From contig CAVZWY010000022.1 of NCBI GenBank assembly GCA_963779015.1, positions 3,890 through 67,889 of the forward strand: a stretch of 64,000 nt of DNA, in the 5' to 3' direction. Under the pieces are notes generated by a model, which worked only from the letters and a program-made list of their open reading frames with translations, was not told the DNA's origin and did not search any database. Both the position numbers and the translations under genes were made by a program. Each line of letters begins with the position of its first letter. Positions within the stretch are counted from its first letter, which is position 1. The stretch comes from an uncultured Planctomycetaceae bacterium. Its GTDB lineage: Bacteria; Planctomycetota; Planctomycetia; Pirellulales; PALSA-1355. This document shows positions 39,477 to 48,622 of this stretch, piece after piece.

Positions 39477-42066
39477 CTAGCGCTTGCCGTCCGTCTGGTC
39501 GCGCAATTGGTTTTGCCAGGCCTGCAAGCGCTCGAGCGCCGCCAGCGGCGTGGTTTCGTCGAGGTTCAACTCCCGCAATTGGCCTACGACGAGATGCTCT
39601 TCCGCGGCAAACAGCGTCAGTTGCAAGTCGGAGGTCTTGATCCGCCGCGCGCGTCGCGCCAGTTTGCTCTGCCCCTGGGCGTCGAGCTGTTCGTTTTCTA
39701 GCTGCGCCAGGATCTGCTTGGCCCGTTCGACCACTTGCGGCGGCACGCCCGCCAAGCGGGCCACGTGAATGCCATAGCTCTTGTCGGCTGCTCCGGGCAG
39801 GATCTTGTGCAAGAACACCACCTGGTCCTGCCATTCCCGCACGGCGACGTTGAAATTGCGCACGCCGGGGAGCGAGCTGGCCAACGTGGTCAACTCATGA
39901 TAGTGCGTGGCAAACAGCGTGCGGCAGCCGACCGCATCGTGCAGATACTCGACCACGGCCCAGGCCAGCGACAGCCCGTCATAGGTGCTGGTGCCGCGTC
40001 CGATTTCGTCGAGAATCACCAGGCTCCGCGGCGTGGCATTGTTGAGAATGCGCGCGCTCTCGATCATTTCGACCATGAAGGTGCTTTGCCCCCGCGCCAA
40101 CTCGTCGCTGGCGCCCACGCGCGCGAATATCCTGTCGGCGATGCCGATCGTTGCGCTGCGCCGGCACGAAGCTTCCCATCTGAGCCATCAGCGTCATCAG
40201 CGCCACCTGGCGAATGAACGTGCTCTTGCCCGCCATGTTGGGGCCGGTAATCAGCAGCGAAAAGCCATCCACCGGGCCGCACACCGTATCATTCGGCACG
40301 AACGAGCCCTCGGCGATCCGCGTATCGAGCACCGGATGCCGGCCATCGGTAATCTGCAGGACGGGCTCCTCCACCAGCGTCGGCCGGCAATAATCGCGAT
40401 GGCGGGCCAAATCCGCCAGCGACACCAGCACATCCAACTGCGCCAGCACCATCGCCGTGCGCTGGATTCGCGGCGCGCTGGCAGCCACCGTCTCGCGCAA
40501 TTCGCAGAAGAGTTTGTATTCCAGATCCTGCGCCTTTTCATCCGCCGACAGCACGCGTTCTTCGTACTCCTTCAACTCGGGAGTAATGTAGCGCTCGGCG
40601 TTCTTCACCGTCTGCTTGCGAATGTAGTGCTCGGGAATCTTGGCAGCGTGCGTATGCGTGATCTCCAGGTAATAGCCGAAGACCTTGTTGAAACCCACCT
40701 TCAGATTCGAGATTCCGCTGCGCTGCGACTCTTCGGCCTGATAGGCGGCGATCCATTGCTTGCCGCCGCTGGTCAATTCCCGCAGCCCGTCGAGCTCGGT
40801 GGAAAACCCATCGCGAATAAAGCCCCCTTCGCGGCTGTTCAAGGGACAATCATCCGCCAACGCTCGTTCGAGCACCGCGCGCACTTCGCAGCACGGATCG
40901 AGCTCGGCCTCCAACTGCCGCAGTAGCGCGGCTTGTCGGGCCGTGATCTTGGCTTTGATCGTCGGCAAGCCGCGCAGCGTCCGGCCAATGAAGCTCAAGT
41001 CGCGCGGGCTGGCGCGGCCGGTTGTCACGCGGGTCAGCAGCCGCTCCAGGTCGTACACGCCGCGGAGCTGGTCTTGCAATGCGTTGGCCAGACCGGCATC
41101 GGTCACCAATTCCGCCACGGCGCCCAGCCGCTCGTCAATCGGCTCGATCTTCGTCAGCGGATTGCTCAGCCAATCGGCCAACAGCCGCGAGCCCATCGCG
41201 GTGACCGTGCGATCGATCACGTCCAGCAACGATCCTTCGCGGCGGCCGTCGCGATACGTGCAGGTGACTTCCAGACTGCGGCGCGTGGCCGCGTCGATTT
41301 CCAACGTGTCACCCGGCGCATAGCGTACCAGCCGGTCGATGTGCACCAGCGACGCCTTTTGCGTTTCGCTCAGATAGCTCAACACCGCGCCGGCCGCGCG
41401 GATGGCCGGCCCGTCGTCGTCGTGAAAGCCAAAACCCTCCAGGCTGGCCACGGCAAAGTGCTTGTGCAACGCCTCACGAGCCGTATCCGCGGCAAAATCC
41501 CAACTCGGGCGGCGCGTGACCATCGTCTCCATCGCCGCCACGACGGCCGGCAGTTCGACGTCTTCGCCGACCAGGCATTCGGCCGGTCCGATGCGTGCCA
41601 ATTCATCGCCCAGACGCACCGCCGGCAAGCGCACCGCCAGAAAGCGTCCGGTCGATACGTCGATCCAGGCAAGTCCGGCGGCGTCACTCTCCACGATCAG
41701 CGCGGCCAGGTAATTGCTGGCGCGTGGATCCAACAGCGCGTCGTCGGTCACGGTGCCTGCGGTCACGACGCGCGTGACTTCGCGTCGCACGAGCCCCTTG
41801 GCCTGCTTGGCGTCTTCCATCTGGTCGCAGATGGCCACGCGCATGCCGGCCGCGATCAGCTTGGCCAGATAGCTTTCCAACTGGTGATGCGGAAAGCCGG
41901 CCATGGGCACGGGGTTTTCGCCCTTGTCGCGACTGGTCAGCGCCAAGCCCAGCAACCGCGCGGCCGTCTTGGCATCGTCGTGAAACAGCTCATAGAAGTC
42001 TCCCATGCGAAACAGCAACAGCGCATCAGGGCACGCCGCTTTGGCGTCCTGATACTGCTTCATCAT
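39477..42066 (-). CDS. mutS: DNA mismatch repair protein MutS, reading frame broken near 40140-40155
   Basis: The protein begins [28 protein letters not shown] and has Walker [10 protein letters not shown]. ...MGSFVPAQR in ORF 39979..42117 must shift 1 nt to continue [29 protein letters not shown]...[12 protein letters not shown] in ORF 39477..40118. Confidence 0.92.
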
Positions 42067-42185
42067 GGGGCTGGTCGGCACGCGCGCGTTCTCCCGATTG
42101 AACGCGCATGCTAGCAAACGAGACAGCCCAACGGGAGGGGCCCGCGAAATGCTCCCAGCGGCGCCGTGCGCGAGAATCGCGCAAG

Positions 42186-42730
42186 TCAGAACGTGCCGGT
42201 GGCCAGGCGTTCGGCCAGCGCCGAGGCCACCGCGGCGATGGTCTGCCGATCGGTCGGTTCCATCGCGGCCACGGCGCGGATGACCATTGCCTGCTGCTGG
42301 GGCTCGAGACTGGCGATCAGCTCGGCGCCGTATGCCGCCGGCACGTGCGAGGCCACCAGCGCGATCGTCTGCGGACGCTCATCCGCCAACGCTTCGGCCA
42401 GGGCGTCGGTGCGACATCGTGTACGAACGAAAACGGCCGGATCGCCAGCGGCTGGTCGGCATGCGTCGCCGGCGTTTGCTTGCGCAGGGAAGTCACTGCC
42501 GCCGTGGGCGCGTCGTGAACTCGGCGCGCGTCGGAGCGGGCCGCTTCGGCCTCGGCAAATTCCAGAATGACCGCTTCCTGCTCCACGGCTTCGAGCGTTT
42601 CCACCCGGGCCATTTCGGCCGTTACCGCTTCGACCTCTGGCGGAGTGAGCCGCGCCAACAAGCGATCGGCCTGCTCTTCCGACAGCGTCATCAACAGCAC
42701 CGCCGCTTTGCGCAGCTCAGCTTTTGACAT
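42186..42730 (-). CDS. FliG-like protein with N-terminal and middle (ARM) domains only, frameshifted near 42400-42416
   Basis: LRKAAVLLMTLSEEQADRLLARLTPPEVEAVTAEMARV is followed by PFSFVHDV..DALAEALADERPQTIALVASHVPAAYGAELIASLEPQQQAMVIRAVAAM. No C-terminal torque-generating domain is present. Confidence 0.55.
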
Positions 42731-42893
42731 CGAAGTGGCTTTCGCCGTGCGGCGTGTTCAACCAATGCTCGAGAAACGTCGCCACCGTGGCGGGACGGCT
42801 TTGAGCGATTTCGTTCAGACGGGCTTGCAACTGTCCCGCATGGACAGGACCCCAAACCGTGGACACCGCCTTGCCCGACGTTGGCGGCATGCC
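42717..42893 (-). CDS. small ORF resembling the FliG-binding C-terminal peptide of FliF
   Basis: ...GQLQARLNEIAQSRPATVATFLEHWLNT resembles the FliF C-terminal helix. The ORF overlaps the start of the FliG-like gene, and its own start is uncertain. Confidence 0.3.
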   Translation of the reverse strand, partial: GMPPTSGKAVSTVWGPVHAGQLQARLNEIAQSRPATVATFLEHWLNTPHGESHFDVKS

Positions 42894-43097
42894 TGCGCCG
42901 CCGGGCGATGAAGTTTGACAGACATGGATTCTCCGCACACGAATCAAGAGAAAGAGAGACCGCTGGCGGCGTTTATCGTCGCCCGGCGGCGCAATCCTTT
43001 AGCCAACCGTCAAACTACGCCCTATGCGGAGAATCCGCATGCTGGCAGTGCGAGCAGTTGCACGGCGGGTGCCGGTGGTATGGGCATTCTCAGCCAC

Positions 43098-43832
43098 CTA
43101 CGGCAATTCGCGAATCCGCAGATTGCGGAACTCGACCGGCGCTCCCTCCGACTCCAGGCACAGGTAGCCGGTGCGCGGTTCGCACTGCGTGCCGCCAGAG
43201 ACTTCCTCGCCGTTGACCCACAGCCGCACCTCGCCGTTGATCGCCCGCACGTAGTAGTGGTTCCACTGGTTGACGCCCTTGGAGAGGTTCTTGGTGGGAA
43301 AGCTGCGGCGGCCATCGGGCGCCACCGGCGGAAAGGGCTTCATCGTCGAGCTGCCGACCGGAAACACGTCGCCGTGGCTGGTGAACCAATCGGCCTTCTT
43401 GCCCGTGCGGGCTTCGTACTGCTCGGTGTAGCCGTGATCGAGTACCTGCACCTCGATGCCATGCGGCAGGCTGCCGGGTTTGAGCGCGGCCAGCGACGCT
43501 TCGGGCACCCACACGAACACGCCCGAGTTGCCGCCCGACTTCAAATGCCGCCACTCGACCACCAACTCGAAGTTGGCAACCGGCTCGCGCGAACGAATCA
43601 CGCCCACCGGCTGGCCCGTGCATTGGATCTCACCCGACTTCCACGACCAGGTATCCGCCGCGCAGTTCACATTCACGAAGTCCGCTTCGCCCAAGGTCCG
43701 CCAGCCAGGCCCCCTGCCATCGATAGCGGCCTTCGGCAGCGCCGGCTCCTCGGCGCCGAGCAGCGTCACTCCAAACGTGGCAAGACATCCCAATACCGAC
43801 GTCACACGGCAGATGCGAATCAAACGTTGCAT
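43098..43832 (-). CDS. DUF1080 (3-keto-disaccharide hydrolase-like) domain protein, secreted
   Basis: It has a signal peptide (MQRLIRICRVTSVLGCLATFGV) and the motifs NFELVVEWRHLKSGGNSGVFVW, WNHYYVRAINGEVRLWVNG and LCLESEGAPVEFRNLRI. Confidence 0.8.
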   Translation of the reverse strand: MQRLIRICRVTSVLGCLATFGVTLLGAEEPALPKAAIDGRGPGWRTLGEADFVNVNCAADTWSWKSGEIQCTGQPVGVIRSREPVANFELVVEWRHLKSGGNSGVFVWVPEASLAALKPGSLPHGIEVQVLDHGYTEQYEARTGKKADWFTSHGDVFPVGSSTMKPFPPVAPDGRRSFPTKNLSKGVNQWNHYYVRAINGEVRLWVNGEEVSGGTQCEPRTGYLCLESEGAPVEFRNLRIRELP

Positions 43833-43948
43833 GGAGTTCGGCTCCGGGCTGATGGCAAGAGATCCTGGCGAGCGGCCCGATTTTCGCATGGACACGTCAA
43901 CCATGTCAAAGCGCCAGCCAAACAGAGTGTAGCAAGTGCCTCTGGCAT

Positions 43949-43974
43949 GTAGCTGAATTCGCAAGAATTCAGCC
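43949..43974. repeat. 26-nt palindrome-containing motif, copy 2 (GTAGCTGAATTCGCAAGAATTCAGCC)
   Basis: The perfect 9-bp stem GCTGAATTC / GAATTCAGC has a GCAA loop. The motif lies ~120-145 nt upstream of the DUF1080 gene start at 43832. Confidence 0.6.
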
Positions 43975-44284
43975 GATCCCGAACCGAAGTCTTGCGACGG
44001 TCCGGCGACTTCAGCGACCTATGTCTTAAAACGTTGCCACACCCGCCAATCTTGTAGTCGGCGCAGGATCGCATTCGAGCAAGCCGCATGGCACGTCGAC
44101 GCTTGGGTTAAGAACGGGCCAAGGTGCCGAGTCGATGCGCTCAAGGACGTAACCGGGTTACGCATCCTGCCACGAGCCAATGGTCGACCGCGATACGTCT
44201 ACACCTCGTGCATTGCGCGCATCGAACGGGGCGAAACGCGCCTTGATCGGCACGCACGGCACCTGCGCAGCCGCCAAGCGGGCT

Positions 44285-44339
44285 TGCGAGCGCTACGTCA
44301 ATCGCTGCAATGAGTGGGCGGGGGTTGCAGGGTGGCGAG
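44285..44339. repeat. G-rich ~55-nt repeat, copy 1
   Basis: TGCGAGCGCTACGTCAATCGCTGCAATGAGTGGGCGGGGGTTGCAGGGTGGCGAG lies immediately 3' of the minus-strand gene ending at 44356. Confidence 0.7.
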
Positions 44340-44355
44340 ACTGAGGCGCGTCGCC

Positions 44356-44735
44356 TCAGTTGACGGATGTTCCATAGGAGACAACGTGACCGTTAGCGTC
44401 CAACTTAAAGCCGAGTGCCTCGTCGTCCAATGAGAATGCACCCGATCTCTCTAGCCCAAGCACGTAAACCACGTCCCACTGCTCGAAGCCGCTCCAGGTA
44501 TCCGGTTTTCCGAGCAAAGTGACAACGTCGTTTTTCGACCAGCCATGAAAGTCATATCGCGACAAGAGATCATCGACCATTTCGCTCCGAGCCGTACGTG
44601 TCTCGACACGCGGGTTCGCGTGCTTCCACGCGCCAGTCTCGAAGCGGGTTGGCATTGCGAGCCAAACAAGCAACCCCGCGCACGCGGCAAAACCAAACAG
44701 CGTCCGCAGCGAGAAGCGCAGCCAGCGGCGGTTAG
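44356..44735 (-). CDS. small membrane-anchored protein with an RRWLRFSLRTLF N-terminal module and a SmpA/BamE-like C-terminal domain; ATG out of frame by 1 nt
   Basis: The frame reads PRTPNRRWLRFSLRTLFGFAACAGLLVWLAMP.... The ATGACCCCGCACCCC start has one extra nucleotide relative to the paralogues at 46666 and 47094. Confidence 0.5.
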
Positions 44736-44799
44736 GGGTGCGGGGTCATTCGCCTAAACGAGTGAATAGCCATACGGTCGCTATGGTCACGCCAACTAA

Positions 44800-45440
44800 T
44801 CGACCACGGCCAGAGGCCGTGGGTTTAGGAAGGCCCCTCCGAAGGGGCCGGATACATGGGGAAGGCCCCGTTGGGGCCACTAGGGTTACTCCAGATCCAA
44901 CTTGCCTTGCCGTTCGTCCTGTTGCTCTTGCTCACGGATGTACTGGCGCACACGCATTTCATCCAGCCCAACCGTGCTCACACAGTAGCCAGCGGCCCAA
45001 AAATGCAAGCCTGTCATCCTTCGTTCCTTCAGCAACTCACGGTGGATGCGAACCGCACTCTTGCCTTTCAGGAACCCGATCGTGTGCGCCACGCTGTACT
45101 TGGGCGGGATGCTCAAGCACATGTGGATGTGGTCCGGCATGCAGCGCCCCTCCAGCAACTCGATTCCTCGCTGGCGACACAGCTCTCGCAGAATCGCCCC
45201 TACTTCCCGTTTCAATCGTCCGTAAAATACCCGACGCCGAAACTTTGGTATGATCACCACGTGGTACTTGCATTCCCACCGCACGTGGGAAAGACTTTGC
45301 CAGTCGTGCATAGGTTGCTCCTTCCTGCCCCAACGGGCCTTCCCGGAAGGACAGCCTATGCCGTCTGGCAACCCCATGCACCACGCACCGCTCCGAAGCT
45401 CTTCGGGTCACACGGCCAGAGGCCGTGGGTTTAATGACTG
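44800..45440 (-). mobile_element. IS200/IS605-family element
   Basis: The 23-bp direct repeat CACGGCCAGAGGCCGTGGGTTTA occurs at 44805-44827 and 45411-45433. Each copy forms the hairpin (C)CACGGCC-AGA-GGCCGTG(G), bracketing tnpA. Confidence 0.75.
44886..45311 (-). CDS. tnpA: IS200/IS605-family Y1 transposase TnpA
   Basis: The protein has MHDWQSLSHVRWECKYHVVIIPKFRRRVF and the HUH motif DHIHMCLSIPPKYSV, then ...FWAAGYCVSTVG. Confidence 0.88.
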   Translation of the reverse strand: MHDWQSLSHVRWECKYHVVIIPKFRRRVFYGRLKREVGAILRELCRQRGIELLEGRCMPDHIHMCLSIPPKYSVAHTIGFLKGKSAVRIHRELLKERRMTGLHFWAAGYCVSTVGLDEMRVRQYIREQEQQDERQGKLDLE

Positions 45441-45515
45441 ACTAATATGGACACGAATGCAACCCATTCGCTCCGAGTAAGGGGCCGACGCTTGCTCATC
45501 CCAGCATTGTAGCAC

Positions 45516-45550
45516 GAGCGCGAGTGGGCGGGGGTTGTGGGGTGGCGAGG
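45516..45550. repeat. G-rich repeat, copy 2 (core only)
   Basis: GAGCGCGAGTGGGCGGGGGTTGTGGGGTGGCGAGG lies immediately 3' of the gene ending at 45562. Confidence 0.65.
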
Positions 45551-45561
45551 GGCGTCAGGGC

Positions 45562-46146
45562 CTATTTTGTCGCGGTTGATACTTCTTCGACAACGATCTG
45601 CTCATCGTGACTTTCCGGCAATTGGCTTGGCTTCTTCCCGGCAATGTAAATCTGCCAGACATCTACACTGAGTTGCTTTCGGCTAAGTTCCTTTCGCCAA
45701 CCGACCGCCAATCCGTCACTACGATAAACCAGAGGATTCCAATGGTCCTTGCCGAGCCATTCGACCGCCTCGGCAACTGTTTTGAAATGCTGCTGACCCT
45801 CTTGGACAACACCCCGACTGATCCCTTTGTGCGGTTGCCAGTGGTCGCCGGGTCCGGGGAAGTAAATCCCAAGGCTTCCGTGCCAGCGCTCGCCACGCGG
45901 CCACATTTCAACAGAGCGCGTGGCCCCTTCCCAGGTATACGATCGCTTGAGCCCCTGCCCGGCAGTGATCGTAATCGTGCCGACAGGAGTCGTCGCAGCG
46001 ATCTTCATGCCCGGGGACATGACGATCTCGTTGTTTGCAGGCACCGGCCCATCGCCGACCATATCTCCCTGCGACGGTTGACACGAAGATGCAAGCACAC
46101 AGCTCAGAATAAGCCAGTGCAGCAAGGTGCGCTTGGGAGCGTTCAT
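45562..46146 (-). CDS. putative lipoprotein of unknown function
   Basis: MNAPKRTLLHWLILSCVLASSC is a signal peptide with a lipobox-like Cys. I recognised no family. Confidence 0.45.
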   Translation of the reverse strand: MNAPKRTLLHWLILSCVLASSCQPSQGDMVGDGPVPANNEIVMSPGMKIAATTPVGTITITAGQGLKRSYTWEGATRSVEMWPRGERWHGSLGIYFPGPGDHWQPHKGISRGVVQEGQQHFKTVAEAVEWLGKDHWNPLVYRSDGLAVGWRKELSRKQLSVDVWQIYIAGKKPSQLPESHDEQIVVEEVSTATK

Positions 46147-46198
46147 GACTTGCCTCCCACAATCGGTAGCATGATCGTCAGGCATCACTAGACAAATA

Positions 46199-46261
46199 TC
46201 GCCCGCAGCGAGAATCGCAGCCAGCGGCGGTCAGGGGATTGATCTGCCATGGGATCATGCA
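46199..46261 (-). pseudogene. 20-codon remnant of the RRWLRFSLR N-terminal module
   Basis: The remnant MADQSPDRRWLRFSLRAIFV ends in a stop and sits directly upstream of the lipoprotein gene. Confidence 0.4.
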
Positions 46262-46333
46262 TTGTCCGCCGACCGGCGGAGGCCAACCAAGCTAAATCGC
46301 TAGCATTGATGTTATAGGAGCGTAGCCATCGGG

Positions 46334-46666
46334 CTATTCTGCAATCGCCCATTCGACTTTTGCTTCGGGGAACAATCGCTTGACTTCGTTTAGTTGAACT
46401 TCCTCATCTTCGCTGAGTGCCGTTCGCGACTCCTTCCACAACGCGCCGTATCCCCTTTCGCCAAACAGGCCCAGCATTCCAGGTGGATTAGCCAGGGCGT
46501 AGGGAGGGTGCGGAGTCCATGCTTGGTGTTGCCAATCGTTGAGCGCTGCATGCCGCTGTCGAATCCACCTAAACTCGCAACCCAACCAACACGCCAACAC
46601 CGTCACCGCAACGAACAACGTCCGCAACGAGAAACGCAGCCAGCGGCGGTTAGGGGTGGGAGTCAT
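46334..46666 (-). CDS. small membrane-anchored protein, RRWLRFSLRTLF family
   Basis: The protein begins MTPTPNRRWLRFSLRTLFVAVTVLACWLGCEFRWIRQRH and carries LGLFGERGYG and RLFPEA motifs shared with the next gene. Confidence 0.55.
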   Translation of the reverse strand: MTPTPNRRWLRFSLRTLFVAVTVLACWLGCEFRWIRQRHAALNDWQHQAWTPHPPYALANPPGMLGLFGERGYGALWKESRTALSEDEEVQLNEVKRLFPEAKVEWAIAE

Positions 46667-46671
46667 TGCGT

Positions 46672-47094
46672 CTACATTTTGAAGCCGTCATATGCTGAAC
46701 CGGTGGATTGCTTGACCCGGCTAGGCGGTGACGCGGATTGCGGCTCAGTCCAAGTAAGATCGATCTGAGCCTCGGGGAAAAGTTGCCGCAAGTGGTCGAG
46801 TTCGATTGTTTCCGATTGAGTTAGTTTGAGGTCGGGGCTAGAGACTTCGAATAGCAGGATCCCATAGCCACGTTCTCCGAATAAGCCCAGAATTCCCGGC
46901 GCGTCAACGAGCAAGGGCCACCCGGTAAATGCGTAAAACTCATCGCCGCTGTCGATTCGACCAGAACCAATCGCGCGGTGCCGCTGCCGAATCCAATTCA
47001 ACTCGCAACCCAACCAACACACCAACACCGTCACCACCACGAACAGCGTCCGCAGCGAGAATCGTAGCCAGCGGCGGTTAGGGGTGGGGGTCAT
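46672..47094 (-). CDS. small membrane-anchored protein, RRWLRFSLRTLF family (paralogue of 46334..46666)
   Basis: The protein begins MTPTPNRRWLRFSLRTLFVVVTVLVCWLGCELNWIRQRH and carries LGLFGERGYG and QLFPEA motifs. Confidence 0.55.
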   Translation of the reverse strand: MTPTPNRRWLRFSLRTLFVVVTVLVCWLGCELNWIRQRHRAIGSGRIDSGDEFYAFTGWPLLVDAPGILGLFGERGYGILLFEVSSPDLKLTQSETIELDHLRQLFPEAQIDLTWTEPQSASPPSRVKQSTGSAYDGFKM

Positions 47095-47115
47095 CGGGAG
47101 TGCATTCGATCTGGC

Positions 47116-47574
47116 TTATGGCTGCTCGAATGGATCGGAGTCCTCGCCTTCGGTTGGTGGAAGATCGGGCATCTCTTCGGATTCGTCCCTTGGGATGACC
47201 TTGGGGATTGGAACCCAACGGAATCGATATCGCCCGCTCACGCAATGCCGCCTCAACACCCATGTTTGTCCGGTGGTTGAGTCCAACATGATGATCGCCT
47301 GGCCGAACCGTTCCAGGCTATATCGATGCGGCGTGCTCGAGGCAGGCTCACGATGCTCCGGCCCGATGTCGTTGATCAGCGGAAAAGCATCGCCGACCCG
47401 ATCCATCGGCACGCCACGCGCACCGGGAAGCCCTAATTGGGCTCCAAAGCAACTACTTGAATTTACCCAGATCGTGACGGCGACCATGAGTACCTGCCGA
47501 TTCATCGGGTGCCAGATACGGCGGGGTTTCTCGTCACGACGCATGCCCCCATTATAGCCAACGAGCCCAAACAT
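47116..47574 (-). CDS. hypothetical secreted protein or lipoprotein
   Basis: The 152-aa ORF has a hydrophobic N-region, VLMVAVTIWVNSSSC, and an acidic C-terminal tail. Confidence 0.4.
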   Translation of the reverse strand: MFGLVGYNGGMRRDEKPRRIWHPMNRQVLMVAVTIWVNSSSCFGAQLGLPGARGVPMDRVGDAFPLINDIGPEHREPASSTPHRYSLERFGQAIIMLDSTTGQTWVLRRHCVSGRYRFRWVPIPKVIPRDESEEMPDLPPTEGEDSDPFEQP

Positions 47575-47617
47575 GCCCCTATCCCAAACCTGCCGCCAGC
47601 CATCCGCGCCGCGAGTG

Positions 47618-47671
47618 TGCGAGCGCTACGTCAATCGCTGCAATGAGTGGGCGGGGGTTGTGGGGTGGCAG
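47618..47671. repeat. G-rich ~55-nt repeat, copy 3
   Basis: TGCGAGCGCTACGTCAATCGCTGCAATGAGTGGGCGGGGGTTGTGGGGTGGCAG lies 3' of the gene ending at 47708. Confidence 0.7.
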
Positions 47672-47707
47672 GGGTGATTGCGAAGCGTGCGATTGGCGTA
47701 TCGTTGG

Positions 47708-47914
47708 CTACCGATCGGCTGCGTCAATCCAACGCTCAAATTCGTCCGCAGGGACGAAGCAGGGCCACGGCTCACCAGCAGACCGAGACGTCAATTCCCA
47801 GGCGCGATACACTTCGACCGTAAACGCCGAAACCACGATGCAAATCGTCACCACCACGAACAGCGTCCGTAGCGAAAACCGGGGCCAGCGGCGGCAAGTG
47901 TTCGCCATGGTCAT
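47708..47914 (-). CDS. small membrane-anchored protein, RRW(P)RFSLRTLF family
   Basis: The protein begins MTMANTCRRWPRFSLRTLFVVVTICIVVSAF. Confidence 0.45.
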   Translation of the reverse strand: MTMANTCRRWPRFSLRTLFVVVTICIVVSAFTVEVYRAWELTSRSAGEPWPCFVPADEFERWIDAADR

Positions 47915-47944
47915 GGATGGGCGAGCGAAAAACGGGTGCGTGAT

Positions 47945-48223
47945 TTAGTCGATGGCCGGAGGATCGTCGTCATGGTGCTGCCACTCTACGATCGCGCCGA
48001 CTAAAGCGCAGAGAATAGCCCAAGACGCCAACTTTAGCTGCCAATCCGGGGAAGGCTCACTTCGGAAATAGATCACTGCCCCATACAGCGCGACGCCTGT
48101 GGCCGCGACGCCAATTGCGCGGCGAACTACACTCCCACGTGTTGCATGCGGGTTCGTCTTGGCAAGAAGACCCCAAGGCTTACCGAATTGAAACCAGCGA
48201 TTGTTGGGGCTGGGTTCACTCAT
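47945..48223 (-). CDS. small two-TM hypothetical protein
   Basis: The 92-aa ORF begins MSEPSPNNRWFQF and has two hydrophobic helices. Confidence 0.4.
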   Translation of the reverse strand: MSEPSPNNRWFQFGKPWGLLAKTNPHATRGSVVRRAIGVAATGVALYGAVIYFRSEPSPDWQLKLASWAILCALVGAIVEWQHHDDDPPAID

Positions 48224-48622
48224 GCCCGAAATATAGCAGGTAGCGTCACCGGCCCTTACCCGGCAACACTTGATAGAGAGACCCGCGAACCGTCAACACA
48301 CGCGACTGTCTTTCTTGCGTATTGCCCCCAGCGTGCCCGCGCGCTATCACGCGCACCTTGAGGCCGCCAGTCGTGCCGGCCGCGCAGGCGACGCGGCCGC
48401 GCCAGCGGCGGCATTCTTTGTCTCGCTTTGCCAGTTTATCGGCGAGTGCTCGCCGCTAGCAGTGGTTGCCGTCCAACGGGACGGCACGCCGACCTTTCGT
48501 CTCGCTTTTCTGCGTGCAAAACTCTGCCGTCGGCGGGTGACGCTGGTCGCCGGGGAGGTTGGGGGACGAAGAATACTGCAGGGGCCATTCCACCGCTCAC
48601 CGCACTCGCCCGTCTGCCCACC

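Noticed and set aside
43957-44313. Roughly 118-codon open frame on the plus strand, ...AAWHVDAWVKNGPRCRVDALKDVTGLRILPRANGRPRYVYTSCIARIERGE...RALRQSLQ.
   Set aside because: It contains no ATG, GTG or TTG start and has no family I can name. It is probably a decayed gene remnant, so I mention it only in connection with the G-rich repeat.
44100-48300. Integron gene-cassette array with attC sites.
   Set aside because: There is no intI integrase in the window. The G-rich repeat lacks the RYYYAAC/GTTRRRY core sites and the imperfect-palindrome architecture of attC. Only three of eight genes are followed by the repeat.
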